A stretch of 64,000 nt of DNA from Eledone cirrhosa (taxonomy: Eukaryota), in NCBI GenBank assembly GCA_964016885.1, contig OZ024741.1, forward strand, positions 2,480,001 to 2,544,000, in the 5' to 3' direction. The translations under genes were made by a program, and so were the position numbers. Below, piece by piece: positions 42,100 through 55,372 of this stretch; position 1 is the stretch's first letter; every line of letters begins with the position of its first letter. Below the pieces are notes generated by a model, which made no database searches, was not told where the DNA came from, and was given only the letters and a program-made list of their open reading frames with translations.

Positions 42100-45000
42100 A
42101 ACAACAACAACAACCGCCCCAAAATGAACAATAACTACAACAACAGCCACAACAAAAACAACAGAAACAACCACTCCTACATTTCAAGACAATCGTAGAT
42201 TTACTGAATGACACTGTGACCAGCCCTTCGCCTTCAGATTCTCATTCACCTCAGCAACCACCACAATTGTCATCATCATCATCTACTACTGCTACTACTA
42301 TTAACATTTCTACCACCTCAACTAATAATACACCACCGCTTTCTTCCTCTACATCTGAATCATACAGAACTACGAAAATTCTAACAAAATACATGAAGCA
42401 GAATGCGCCCACCACAGCACGAACACGAAACCCAAAAATATGCCGTTATTCACTACGCCAGAATCTCTGCACACTCAGCGATTACATCTTCACACATCTA
42501 CCTGGGACGAGACTCACAATCCATACAAATACTACCAGCCAAAGCAAACATCCCTCAATAACATCAACACCATTAAATACTAAATCAAACGTTAAAACAG
42601 ACGTAACCCAGAATCCCCAAATCTGCCGATATTCCCAACGCGAGAGACTATGTCTGCAGTATGACTGTCCCTTCGCTCATCTTCCAGGGACCCAACACAC
42701 TAACAGAAACGGGGCTCCAAGCCAACACCTAACCCACAATTAAAACACCCCTTGCTGCAGTAATGCTGGCCCAGTCTTTTCACAAAGACACAACAAAAGA
42801 GGTATCTACAACCCTATCCAACAGTGCAACCACACCTCCAGTCAAAAACTGCTCCCTAAGCAGGAAAACTCTTTTTTAGCCATGATGAACCTGACAAAAG
42901 AGATACAAAAAAAACCTTCTAGCCATCAACCAACACTATCCTATGCTATTACCCCAGTGCACCAATTCCCCACATTGCTGTCACTAACACACAATCACAA
43001 AACAAGCCCCCTGCAACAGTCAAAACCAGCAACTACACTAGCCTCCACATTTCTACCAAATGTACAAGATTTTAGCCCTTCCATCAACACCCCAAAACGG
43101 AAGGTCCAATTCATTGAGAATTGGGTTGGTAACCACCCACACCACATTCCATTTCTTCATCCCAACTAAGACCTACCTTGACAACTCCACTTGGAAGCCG
43201 TTAAGTGAAGGTGAATAAATTTACAATCATCTGCACGGATCATGTCGACAGAAGGAAGGATGGAACTGCCATTTTCCTGCATGATTCCTTTACAGCAAAT
43301 AGAAATATCCCATTCTTCAATGGCTACTGTGAATCAGTCACCGTGTACAACAAAGCCAATGACTTGATAATACTGCGCTTTAAAGAATGCCTCAACAGCA
43401 TTAAGTGTTTTATACAACAGTGCCATTCTAGTAATATACTTATGATGGGAGACTTTAATCTACCCTGTATTGATTGGTCTACAAACAAGTTGAAACCAGG
43501 CACCTCAACCACTGACAAAGAAGCAGTTGAGTCACTTCTTCACTTTATGAATGAGTTTTTCTTGTCCCAACTTGTCCTTGCACCAACAAAATATCAGAAC
43601 ATTTTATACCTAGTGTTTAGTAACCACACTATACATATTACCGTGGAAAAAACCCTTACATGGTTCTTTTCAGCCTGAGATTCCACCAGCCAAAAGTTAA
43701 TGCTAGTGACCTCTCTCCAGCCCACCCATTTGATAACTTGGATCTCTATAATGCCAACTGGGATGCAATCATGAACGAGCTATCACATGTTGACTGGTTT
43801 TTCACACACGCACACATCACCACCAACATTTAAACAACCTGGCAGATATTTGTAGACACTGTCACAAATATATGTGAAAAACACACCCCCACCAAGACCT
43901 GTCAAGAAAACTAAGTGCAGAATGCCCCCAAATAGAAAAAAAAATTACCAGAAAAATAAAACGAACAAAAAAAAATCAACATACTAAAATACTGCCAACA
44001 GCAACACACACATTCGACGGCTATCGCACAGCTTGAATCACCAAACTATAACCTCCAACAATACATGAAAACCATCATCAATAACCAAAGAACAGCTGAA
44101 GGGAAGTGGACCATTGAGAAAATCAAACTCAGCCCCAAAAGTGTTCTTTTCGTTTGCGAAAATACACAAGGTCACCGTCTCCACTGTTGGCCCGCTAATT
44201 GATGAAAATGGCATTTAATGCCAAAACCATGGGCGAGATACTGCAGAAACAATACTGCTCTGTTTTCAGCAATCATGATATGGCCGATCTGGGCTGTATC
44301 AGTGATGTTAATTCCCAACACACTATGTCAGACATAACGTTTGGCGCCCCTGATGTCTTAGCGGCAATAAACGAAATTAAACACAATTCAGCAGTAGGCC
44401 CCGACAGGTTCCCTGCTTGTGTCCTGAAGGTGTGACGACACCAACTTGCATCTCCTCTTGCTAATCTGTCGAGGAACTCACTGGACACTGGCTATATTCC
44501 TGAAAACTTTCTGTCCCAGTCTGTTGTTCCAGTTTTTAAAAAGGGAAACAAGTTCCTTGCAGTGAACTACCGTTCGATCTCATATCATTAAGATATTTGA
44601 GAGAGTGATGAGATCGCGAACAACCTACTTTCTTGAAAGCAACAATCTGCCGAATACCAGCCAATATGGGTTCTGTAATGGAAGGGAGTGCCTAACGCAG
44701 CTCCTGCATCACTTTGATGACATTTTGAGAGCTTTGGGAGAGGGCTCCAACACTGAAGTCATCTACCTTGATTTCACCAAGGCCTTTGATAGGGTTGATC
44801 ACAACCTTCTACTGAGAAAACTATCCAACATTGGTGTCTCTGGAAAGTTGCTGCAGTGGATCAAATGTTTCCTGACAAACTGAGCCCAACATGTTGTAGT
44901 TGAAGTCAGTGGCATACCACAAAGAATTGTGCTGGGCCCACTTCTTTTCATTATCTATATCAATGACATTATAGACATCATCAAGGACAGCAACATACGA

Positions 45001-45970
45001 ATCTTTGCAGATGATTCCAAGCTCCAGAAGGTCATCAATGGAGTGGGTTACCGGACATCCTTCAGTCAGACCTACTGGCTGTTATCCAATGAGTGGATAA
45101 GACAATATACAGCTGAACGAGAATAAATTTCAACTAATCCACTTTGGAAAAGAGGATGCACTGAAAGTCTCATATTCTCTCCCCGCGAGTGAAGACCTCG
45201 TGGCATCCAACAACATCATAGATTGGGAATAATTGTGGACAACAACATAGGCTGGGCCACTCATATAAATAGCAAAGTTGACATGGCCCGCAGAATGTGT
45301 TCCTGGATTCTCAGAACTTTCAAGGCAAGAGATATCCCCACTGTTATCCTTCTCTTTTCCACTTTTGCCCGACCCCACCTTAAATACTGTTGTCCACTGT
45401 GGTCCCCTCACACGAAACAAGGTATCATGATAGTTGAAGCACCTCAAAGGTCAATTACAAAAAAGATAGATGGCATGACAGGCCTTGACTATTGGGGTCG
45501 ATTAGAAAAGCTCAAACTTTATTCTCTCCAACGTCGCCGTGAGCGCTACATTATCTGTATAATGTGGAAAATATTCCATCAGCATGCCCAAATGATGTTG
45601 GCATCACCTTTAATGTACACCCAAGGCTTGGGCCCCGTGCTATCCGCCCACAACAAAAATCTCACTCGCATCTCATAACAACATTACAGCACAATTATTT
45701 CACCTCAATTGGCCCCGCTCTCTTTAACATTACAGCAAAACACATTAAAACAGGAACAGACCCCATCAAATTTCAAGAAGTCTTTGGACAAATTCCCACT
45801 GAAAATCCCGGATAAGCCTCCTACACCCGGATATGTCTCCGTAAACAATAACTCTCTACTTTAGTGTGCCATGGTGCCCAAACACTGATTTGTAAGACTT
45901 CGCCAGGTGGTGTTATTAAGTTAGACATGGCCTGGGCCAGTACTGGCCGAAACCTATCAAAGTTATCAAG
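42100..45970 (+). mobile_element. LINE family B (CR1/L2 group), near full length and decayed: ORF1-like region with two CCCH-type fingers, APE and RT
   Basis: 42216-42743 has CRYSQRERLCLQYDCPFAH; MGDFNLPCIDW; GPDRFP; YLDFTKAFDRVDH; FADD; 3' tail TATCAAAGTTATCAAG. Confidence 0.9.
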
Positions 45971-45971
45971 G

Positions 45972-47620
45972 TTGTATAATAAAATGGCACGAAAGCCAGT
46001 CTCTATCAGGAATGACGTCTCTTGAATAGAATCATTGTTAAACCTTTCAAACTATTCATGGAACAAATGGTATTTCATCCAACAAGAATTGAGAATATCC
46101 TGGATTTCTGCGTCACGGACAATAACATAGTAGAACTGGTAACAAATAACCTGAGGAAGACTGTAGATATGCAATCAATGGGAAGCAATCGGTTTCTGTC
46201 CAACCTAATCTTCCGCAATACTGGAAAAGGATTCAGGAGGAGATGACGAAGTAAAACTGGACTGACAGTCTCTGAAGATTTCAACATGCAACTTGAGCAA
46301 GTCATAGCAATAATACAAGATATTCCCAGAGACAAAAACATCCTTATGAGATGGAGAACGAAGATCTCAAACCGGTTACACATAAAAGATAAAGAAGAAG
46401 GGATCCCATTTGAAGCAGGCACTGTTTGAAATTGAAACTGAACTAAAACTCTTCCATGAAAAAGAGAGGAGAGAAAGAGAAGCCTGAGTTGGAGAATCCT
46501 AATGTTTTCTTTAAATTTGCAAAAGAGACCGCCCCTGGATAGGGCTACTTTTATAGAAAAAAGTAGCCCTATCCCGTAGTGCACAGAGGCTGTCTCTTTT
46601 GCAAATTTAAGGAAAGCCAAGGGATAAGTTAGGTACTTAACGAACAATATATAAGTGTTTTCACGCCTCCAATGAGACACACATGTCAGATGAGTTCGTT
46701 AACACCACTGCATTACACAGAAATGGCAACCATATAGATATAAAGGAGGAAGATGTAATATCAGCCATAGATGAAATGAGGCTAAATTCAGCAGCTAACC
46801 TGACGGTTGTCCAACAATCTTCATAGAAACATGCAAACGAACTTTAGCAAAACCACTGCAGATCTTCCAAAGCTCCCTTGTAAGTGGTAAACTACCGAGA
46901 AAGCTAAAAGGTACACCGGGTCAGGAGGAATCGAAATCCTTGAATGGAAATCAATATGGGACCTATGTATTAACATGATCAATGATGCTTCGCTTAATGC
47001 AAACCTCACTAAAATGACGGTAATGTGCAGAGGACTAGCAGGCTGGATTCTGAGGACTTTCAGCCGTGGTCACTCCACAGTGTCAAACTAACCACATAAC
47101 TTGAAGTAATCCAATGAAGCTACACCAAGAGGATTGCCTCAATGAAAGAGATGAGCTACTGAGAGAGGTTGAAAGAACTTAAGCTCTACTCTGGAGCGAA
47201 GATAGGAGAGATACGCAGTGATGTACATATGGAAGATCCTGGAAGGGCTAGCACCAAACTTCGACATTTGGAGCCGGACCAACTCATGAACAGGACGCCA
47301 CTGAATAGTGTCAAAGCTCCCATCCTTCACATCAAGAATAAAGACCAGATACCGCAATAGCCTGGGGTTAAAATGCCCCCCACCCCAGGTCCTTAATAAT
47401 CTGTCACAAAATCTGAGATGATGTGCATGTAGATGTTTTCAAGAAACATCTCGACATCCTGTTAACCATCCAGATGAACCCACAGCACGAGGCCAAGCAC
47501 AAATTAGGGCGCTTCCAACAAATTCCCTTTTACATCAATGACCAACTATAGTAAGGGTATCGTCAATGGCGGTGCCCCAGCATGGACTCAGCCAGTCGAC
47601 TGTAACACGTCAAAGAGTAA
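45972..47620 (+). mobile_element. Older, internally deleted copy related to LINE family A
   Basis: MEQMVFHPTRIENILDFC, IPRDKNILMR, TGGAAGATCCTGGAAGGGCTAGCACCAAAC, 3' UTR GGCGGTGCCCCAGCATGG...AAAGAGTAA. Confidence 0.8.
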
Positions 47621-47799
47621 TAGATTAATGTGTTATATATATAAATATATATACTCGTATAATTATAGTTTCCTGTCATATTTTAATGTATGAGAGTTCA
47701 ACAGTCTTCTCGGTCCATTTTATGGTACCCTCTTTCTTCCTGAGAGCGGCCAGGCTTGCCGAAAAGAAGAGGCCCCGGAGGTAAGGGTTCAGGGCCCGA

Positions 47800-50250
47800 T
47801 GAATGTCACAATTGCACTCAGAAGGTGGCTCCCGGCTTCGGCTGATAGTGAGGGATATATGGTTATGCCTTAAATGACCCTTTAGTCCAGCTTCTGATTT
47901 ACATATCAAACCACATTTAGTGCAGATGACAAGATTTTAAGCGGAACAGGATAGAAGGTTTGATCGAATCCAAATTTTAGATTTTAAATCACGAAGATGT
48001 ACCAGATGAGATATTTCATAGTTGTTTACACCTTTATGGCAGACAGTTCTCCATTTTCCACGGTCAGCAGCAGATATGGCTTCAAAAGAAGTAAGATTTA
48101 TCAGATTTAAGATTGTACTTCAGTTTGTCTTTATATCTAAGTAATGATCTGCTTACATTATGAAGTTGACTGTATAATACCTTTGGTGTACTGTTCCCAG
48201 TCATCCGTAGGACACAACCAGCCCATCTAAGTTGGGGGGATTGCACCAGAAATGACTCAGTTCCACAGATGTTGCACTTTGTGAACAGGTCAGGAGTTGT
48301 TAGTAGCACTGCACGATAAACTGCAACTTTCCTTTTCAGGGATATGCCTTTCATATGCCATAGGCGATGATGTAGTTTGCCAAAGGCGTCAGTTGCTTTG
48401 GTGACGCAATTGACGATCTCACCAATCAGGGAAGCAGAGGGTTCACCTTGCTATCAAGTTAAAGTATTCACATACTTCAGATCGTTGCCATCAAAAGTGA
48501 TGGGAACCTGATCAAGTCGACAAAAATAAACAGCTTCTGGTTCTTTTCACGAACCTTCTATGTAACCTGGAAAAGGGAGAATATATTAATAGTGTCTCGA
48601 TATGTGCGGAAATCACATTAGTTTTCCAGATAGATATCAACAAATCTGAATGTATTTCTATTGAGAAAGACACAGGCAAGTACCTTGCCAGTAATAGAGA
48701 GAAGGGAGATGTCATGAGAGTTGTCACAGATTTCTTTTACATACGTTTTTGAAGACATAGATTGTAGATGTATCTCTGAAATTTTGAGGGACATATTCGA
48801 CCTTCCAGATTTTCAGAAATAAGCGAAGATTATGAATCAGTTCTTAACCACCATATTCGAAACTTTGGGACTGGATGTCATCTATACCAGGAGCTTTATT
48901 TGATGTCAGTTCCTTGATAGCAGCTTGTTCTTCATTCAAGCTTGGGCTGAATGATAATTTGGAGTGTCTCAGACCTTTGAGTAATAGACGATATTACATC
49001 TACGTTTCACTCAGCATTAAGAATGTTTTCAAAGTGTTCTTTCCATCGAGAGATTATCTCAGCTTTGTCTGTGTATATGGTTGTACAATGAGAGGATAGA
49101 ACTGGATTTGGCCATTCACCACCTTTTGTCCATTATAAAGATCCTTGAGTACTTTTTATCAGCAACGTCTTGTAGTTCAGCTGCGGTAGCTGTCCAACAG
49201 ACATCCTTCCGCTTTCCAAGTGAGGACTATACTTGCTGTTTACCATCTTTATAGGCTTTCTTTTTAGTTGTTGAGTTTTTATCTCCAATCCAGAGCCTGT
49301 GTTATACATCTCGCTGATAAAGTTCTGGACATCTGAGTTGCTCTCATCAAATCTACGGAGGCTACATAGGTGGCATCTTCGAGCGCTTTCTCTCAGAATT
49401 CTGGACAGAGTCGAGGGATGAGTTATGTTTTTCAGAAAGCTGCCGCCTCTTATCTCAGTGGGGATCTCAAAGCACTCACATCAACCTTATGTGAGATCGG
49501 CGGCTTTTCAAGAACCCTTTTTTTTTAGGGGGTGGGGGGGGTGGTGATTGACTGAATCCTTACTGCACAGCAGAGAATGATCCATGAGATAGCAAGAAGA
49601 ATCAAAATATCAAGTGATATGTGTGATGACAGTGAGCCATGTACTAATCGTTGGATCTAGGATACATCCATGTTGTTTTATAGTTTGTTGGTTATTGAGA
49701 AAAGCTATTAGTGACACTAAGATAAAATTCCTGGCAGAGGGAAATCAGCCTAAGCCGATTATATGTCCATAGCTCCGACTCCATTAAATCCAAAGGCGTC
49801 ATGCCATGTTTGGTGGTCATTTCCTTTACTAGCACTGAAACAGTGGAGACCACTGTGTGAAGCTGATCACGGAATATATCGATATCCTGCTCAGATGAGA
49901 GTTGTGGTATAAAACATGAAGACTGTAAGAGAGTTTGTTAAAGAGTCATGACAGGATCACTGACACGTTTAAAGAATTATGTCAGTGATTTAGCAATGTC
50001 AGATCTAATGATAAAACCAACAGATTGACTGTAGTCTTCATCGGAAGAAGAATGTGTACCCTTCCAACTGCTTCTTCCATTTGAGGTGTGCCAGGGAGTA
50101 GGGTTTCGCTTATGGCACAGATATCGATATATTTGTTAAGGGCATTACAGATCACGGCTGTCGTGGAGTGTTCTAACATTCCAGGAACCAAAGGTTGAAT
50201 GATTTGTTTTGTTCCGACCGCATATTTGGATAATCAGACAGCGCAGTTGA
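47800..50250 (-). mobile_element. Decayed RTE-clade LINE (APE, RT remnants, C-terminal C2H2-like finger)
   Basis: IDICAISETLLPG; ISLKRKVAVYRAVLLTT; QLRWAGCVLRM; RYKDKLKYNLK; ICKSEAGLKGHLRH. Confidence 0.8.
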
Positions 50251-50847
50251 CTGCCAGGTTAAAAGATTGAGCAAGCATTTGTTTAGGGCTCACTGTGTAG
50301 GGAAGCAGTGTTATGCCTAAAAATCACCTGCTTTGCCACACCAAGAAGACACGAACAGCACATAGTGCTCATATTTTGTACGCGAACAATCACCACTTAA
50401 TGGTCGCCACTGTATAGAGCTGCAGATAAGGACCTCCTGTAATACCCTTTACTTGTCCCCATGACCTTTGCTCTCTCACTAGTGGGCTTTGTGTTAGTGG
50501 TGAGATATCAAGTAAACAGAACTGGTAGAGTTGTTGAGCTACCCACACACATGAATTGTTTATATTGGTGAAGGGTTGTGTTGGACCACATTTTGGGGGA
50601 AATGTTGATAAAGAATTGGTGCAAAATTTTGCCACGAACCCAATGAACAAAACACCTCAGGTACTGGATGGCCGTTGATTCTCAACAGTCCCACCGCCCT
50701 TTGATGGGTTTTGTTTTTCATCCTACAGGGTGTCTAAAAATCCTCCTCCTCAGAAAGCAAGTTGTCGGTTTAGTCCCCGACAACCTCACCATGTGAAAGG
50801 TTGTACTGGGTTACATGTTACCAGTAGTGCTCACAAATGGTCTGCCC

Positions 50848-50851
<4 letters not shown>

Positions 50852-50900
<49 letters not shown>

Positions 50901-50911
50901 TGTGTGTGTGC

Positions 50912-51000
<89 letters not shown>

Positions 51001-51058
51001 TGTGAGTGTGTGAGTGTGTGTGAGTGTGAGTGTGTGTGTGTGTGAGTGTGTGTGTGTG
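50852..51058. repeat. (GA)n(GT)n microsatellite
   Basis: Direct reading. Confidence 0.97.
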
Positions 51059-51964
51059 GTTAATACGAAGCATTGTGAGAGATGTAATATAAGACCGATA
51101 ATTAAAAAAAAAAACGGTAGAAAAATACAAAGAGCAAATGTTGACAAAAGAAACGAAAGTAATGTTTTACCCAGTGTATTTCGACATGATGTTTCAGTGC
51201 TATTACCCACTTTTTAAATCTAGAGCTGAAACAGTTCAAAACAACACCAACGATCGATGTGTTCTTCCTTAACTGGCCTACGTGTCTGAAATACGTATGC
51301 GTGAAATCATTATAGTAATTAGACTGCCTCGTTTCCAATCAAGTATTGATCTGTATTTTTTTCCGTTTGATTCTGAAATTGGCGGCGGTATCTGTTGCTA
51401 TGGTGACCTCAACGTTTTGGCGGCGGTATCTATTGCTATGGTGACTTCAACGTCTTGGCGGTGGTATCTGTCGATGTTATTTTAATAGAAGACGTATATA
51501 TAGTTGCTAGTTGCTGTGTTATTTATCCGGAAGTGTTTCGTTATGGATTCTGGTTGAAAAACGGGTGTAAGCACTCCACGTCAGTTGTATCTATCCAGCT
51601 TAAAGGTGGCGATCAAACATATTGGAGTTACCATATTGGAGTTACCATATTGGAGTTACCACAGATGAAATAAACGTTAAGACAAAGGTTACATAATCAT
51701 ATGTATTAATATATAGGATTGTGTTATTTTTGTCTTCACGTTTATTTCATACACATATACACACATACATACATACATACATAGTGTGTGTGTGTGTGTG
51801 TGTGTAACGTTTAGTTACAGTGGTTTCACCAGTTTGAGCACTCAATGCCAATATGGGTCCTGTTGCCAGGTTTTGTATTACATTATAATCGCTACCCTTA
51901 AAAAGCAGAGTGATAATAATAATAATCAGGAACGAAGTATCACTATAGAATTATTATGTTTATT

Positions 51965-52057
51965 CACATGTGACGCGCGTTTTGCAATCGATCAGCTCAA
52001 GGTGCGATCGGTATTGATAGCGCGCCCCTCTGGAATCAATAGCTCATCAGACTTGTG
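51965..52057 (-). ncRNA. Decayed type I hammerhead (G12->A)
   Basis: Minus strand: CACAAGT-CTGATGA-GC...GC-AAAA-CGCGCG-TC-ACATGTG; related to 59656-59746. Confidence 0.55.
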
Positions 52058-52135
52058 CATTTTCAAATAAATAAATGAATATATATATATATATATTTGA
52101 AAATGTGTGAGATCCTTGGTACAGTTAGGTATATT

Positions 52136-52379
52136 TGAAAAAAAAGGAAAAGAATGACTTCACTTGTAGTCCTAAATAATTTGATTTAATTTTATATTAT
52201 AATAATATGAGACCGATACAACAACATACATTTCTGACAAATATTCCCAAACTATCCTTATTCTTCTCTTTACTGTCATCCCATTCAAGAATGGGATGTT
52301 GTTGATATCGGTCTCATATTATAAAATTAAATCAAATTATTTAGAACTACAAGTGAAATCATTCTTTTCCTTTTTTTCA
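52136..52379. mobile_element. Fold-back element with about 85-bp inverted arms
   Basis: TGAAAAAAAAGGAAAAGAATGA...ATGAGACCGATA versus TATCGGTCTCAT...TCATTCTTTTCCTTTTTTTCA. Confidence 0.8.
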
Positions 52380-52389
52380 TATATATATA

Positions 52390-53405
52390 TGGAATAGAAT
52401 GAAACGAAATTTCATTTCTCACTCTTAGTACGGCACTTACTTAAATGTAAGTATGTATGTATGTATACGTACATACATATATGTATACAGCGTACAGTAG
52501 TATGTATATATATACACACATGCACACATATATATATATGCACGTATCGGTTTACCGAACATTTATTATAATGCTTGGTTTGTTTGTTTGTAAACAAACA
52601 AACAGTCCGAATTAGGCCGTACAGTGTTTAGGCAACCACGTCACCTTTTTGTTCAACACTGACACAGGAACGATGTACTAGTTTCAAGCTTATTAGCTAT
52701 CGTCAGCATCGTATACCTTCCCGTCAGATGTTTGAACGTCTGAAAGTATATACTTTCCTTATGCATATTAACGGCTGAGCAGCCTAATTTGCATATCGAG
52801 TGAGTTCAGTCGGCCGGGCACACCGAAAACAAACCGAGCATTACAATAAATGTACGGTAAACCGATACGTGCATATATATATATGTGTGCATGTGTGTAT
52901 ATATATACATACTACTGTATACGTACATACATATATGTATGTACGTATACATACATACTTACATTTAAGTAAGTGCCGTACTAAGAGTTAGAAATGAAAT
53001 TTCGTTTCATTCTATTCCATTTATTGTTTTCGGTGTGCCCGGCCGACTGAACTCACTCGATATGCAAATTAGGCTGCTCAGCCGTTAATATGCATAAGGA
53101 AAGTATATACTTTCAGATGTTCAACCATCTGGCAGGAAGGTATACGATGCTGACGATAGCTAATAAGCTTGAAACTAGTACATCGTTCCTGTGTCAGTGT
53201 TGAACAAAAAGGTGACGTGGTTGCCTAAACACTGTACGGCCTAATTCGGGCTGTTTGTTTGTTTACAAACAAACAAACCAAGCATTATAATAAATGTTCG
53301 GTAAACCGATACGTGCATATATATATGTGTGCATGTGTGTATATATATACATACTACTATACGTCTGTATACATATTTGTATGTACGCATACAAACATAC
53401 ATACT
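52390..53405. mobile_element. Hammerhead-bearing element of about 440 bp, present as one minus copy followed by about 1.3 tandem plus copies
   Basis: 52390-52575 is the reverse complement of 52827-53019; 52575-52830 is the reverse complement of 53026-53280; AAACAAACC(G/A)AGCATTA at about 52827 and 53271. Confidence 0.85.
53144..53186 (+). ncRNA. Type I minimal hammerhead ribozyme; identical inverted copy at 52670-52712(-)
   Basis: ACGATG-CTGACGA-T-AGCT-aata-AGCT-T-GAAA-CTAG-TA-CATCGT. Confidence 0.9.
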
Positions 53406-53479
53406 TATATATATGAAGTATTTCCGTAGGAAAGGTAAAGGAAAAGAGAGTGCTCTATGTAGGCTACAGGGCTTTTTAG

Positions 53480-53663
53480 TTATGTAATAAACAACATAAG
53501 ATAATTATTTCGTTTACCTATGGATTCTTGAAGATAGATACTTATGTCTGTCTTCATTCATCTGAAGAAATATTTCCTCTGATGAATGAAGACAGACATA
53601 AGTGTCTGTCTTCAAGAAACCATTGTTAAATGAAATAATTATCTTATGTTGTTTATTACATAA
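53480..53663. repeat. Hairpin with about 90-bp arms containing a decayed hammerhead (about 53571-53638)
   Basis: CTGATGA-A-TGAAGACAGACA taag TGTCTGTCTTCA-A-GAAA-CCATTG..AAATGAAATA; resembles the 33979 family. Confidence 0.7.
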
Positions 53664-53779
53664 TTATATATATATATAATGTAGACGTGGATGAAACTAG
53701 CGTCTGGTTGATATGAAATAGAGGGTGATACGTCCGGAGATGAAGAGGAACGACAACAACAACAACAAGTACAGCAAGT

Positions 53780-55372
53780 AGCAGTACTATATAGGCGGCA
53801 GTACTATAGAAGTGGCAGTACTATAGAGGTGGCAGTACTATAGAGGTGGCAGTACTATAGAGCTGGCAGTACTATAGAGGTGGCAGTACTATAGAAGTGG
53901 CAGTACTATAGAGGTGGCAGTACTATAGAGGTGGCAGTACTATAGAGGTGGCAGTACTATAGAAGTGGCAGTTCTATAGAGGTGGCAGTGCTACAGAGGT
54001 AGCAGTTGTAGTATAGAGGTGGCAGTACTATAGAGGTGGCAGTACTATAGAAGTGGCAGTGCTATAGAGGTGGCAGTACTATAGAAGTGGCAGTACTATA
54101 GAGGTGGCAGTACTATAGAAGTGGCAGTTCTATAGAGGTGGCAGTGCTATAAAGGTGGCAGTACTATAGAGGTGGCAGTACTATAGAGGTGGCAGTATTA
54201 TAGAGGTGGCAGTGCTACAGAGGTAGCAGTTGTAGTATAGAAGTGGCAGTACTATAGAGGTGGCAGTACTATAGAGGTGGCAGTACTATAGAGGTGGCAG
54301 TACTATAGAAGTGGCAGTTCTATAGAGGTGGCAGTGCTACAGAGGTAGCAGTTGTAGTATAGAGGTGGCAGTACTATAGAGGTGGCAGTACTATAGAGGT
54401 AGCAGTATAGAGGTAGTAGTACTATAGAGGTGGCAGTACTATAGAGGTAGCAGTATAGAGGTAGTAGTACTATAGAGGTGGCAGTACTATAGAGGTGGCA
54501 GTACTATAGAAGTGGCAGTGCTATAGAATGTGGCAGGGCTACAGAGGTGGCAGTACTATAGAGGTGGCAGTACTATAGAGGTGGCAGTACTATAGAGGTG
54601 GCAGTACTATAGAGGTGGCAGTACTATAGAGGTGGAAGTATTATAGAGGTGGCAGTATTATAGAAGTGGCAGTACTATAGAGATGGCAGTGCTACAGAGG
54701 TAGCAGTAGTAGTATAGAGGTAGTAGTACTATAGAGGTGGCAGTACTATAGAGGTAGCAGTATAGAGGTAGTAGTACTATAGAGGTGGCAGTACTATAGA
54801 GGTAGCAGTATAGAGGTAGTAGTACTATAGAGGTGGCAGTACTATAGAGGTAGCAGTATAGAGGTAGTAGTACTATAGAGGTGGCAGTATTATAGAGGTG
54901 GCAGTATTATAGAGGTGGCAGTACTATAGAAGTGGCAGTGCTACAGAGGTAGCAGTAGTAGTATAGAGGTAGTAGTACTATAGAGGTGGCAGTACTATAG
55001 AGGTAGCAGTAGTAGTATAGAGGTAGTAGTACTATAGAGGTGGCAGTACTATAGAGGTGGCAGTACTATAGAGGTGGCAGTGCTACAGAGGTAGCAGTAG
55101 TAGTATAGAGGTAGTAGTACTATAGAGGTGGCAGTACTATAGAGGTAGCGGTAGTAGTATAGAGGTAGTAGTACTATAGAGGTGGCAGTATTATAGAGCC
55201 GAGGTTTACTTTGCCTTTCATCCTTACGGGGTCGATAAAATAAAGTACCAGTAATGTACTGGAATAATTGCTGGCCTTGTGCAAAAAGTAGAAACAAGTA
55301 TTATAGAGGTGGCAGTACTATAGAGGTGGCAGTGCTATAGAGGTGGCAGTGCTATAGAGATTGCAGTAGTAG
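53780..55372. repeat. 17-bp minisatellite (AGAGGTGGCAGTACTAT)n, interrupted by a SINE 3' half at 55198-55297
   Basis: Direct reading. Confidence 0.96.

Noticed and set aside
38689-45970. Active LINE ORF2
   Set aside because: Multiple stops and frameshifts in both copies
53780-55372. CRISPR-like array
   Set aside because: No spacers; plain minisatellite
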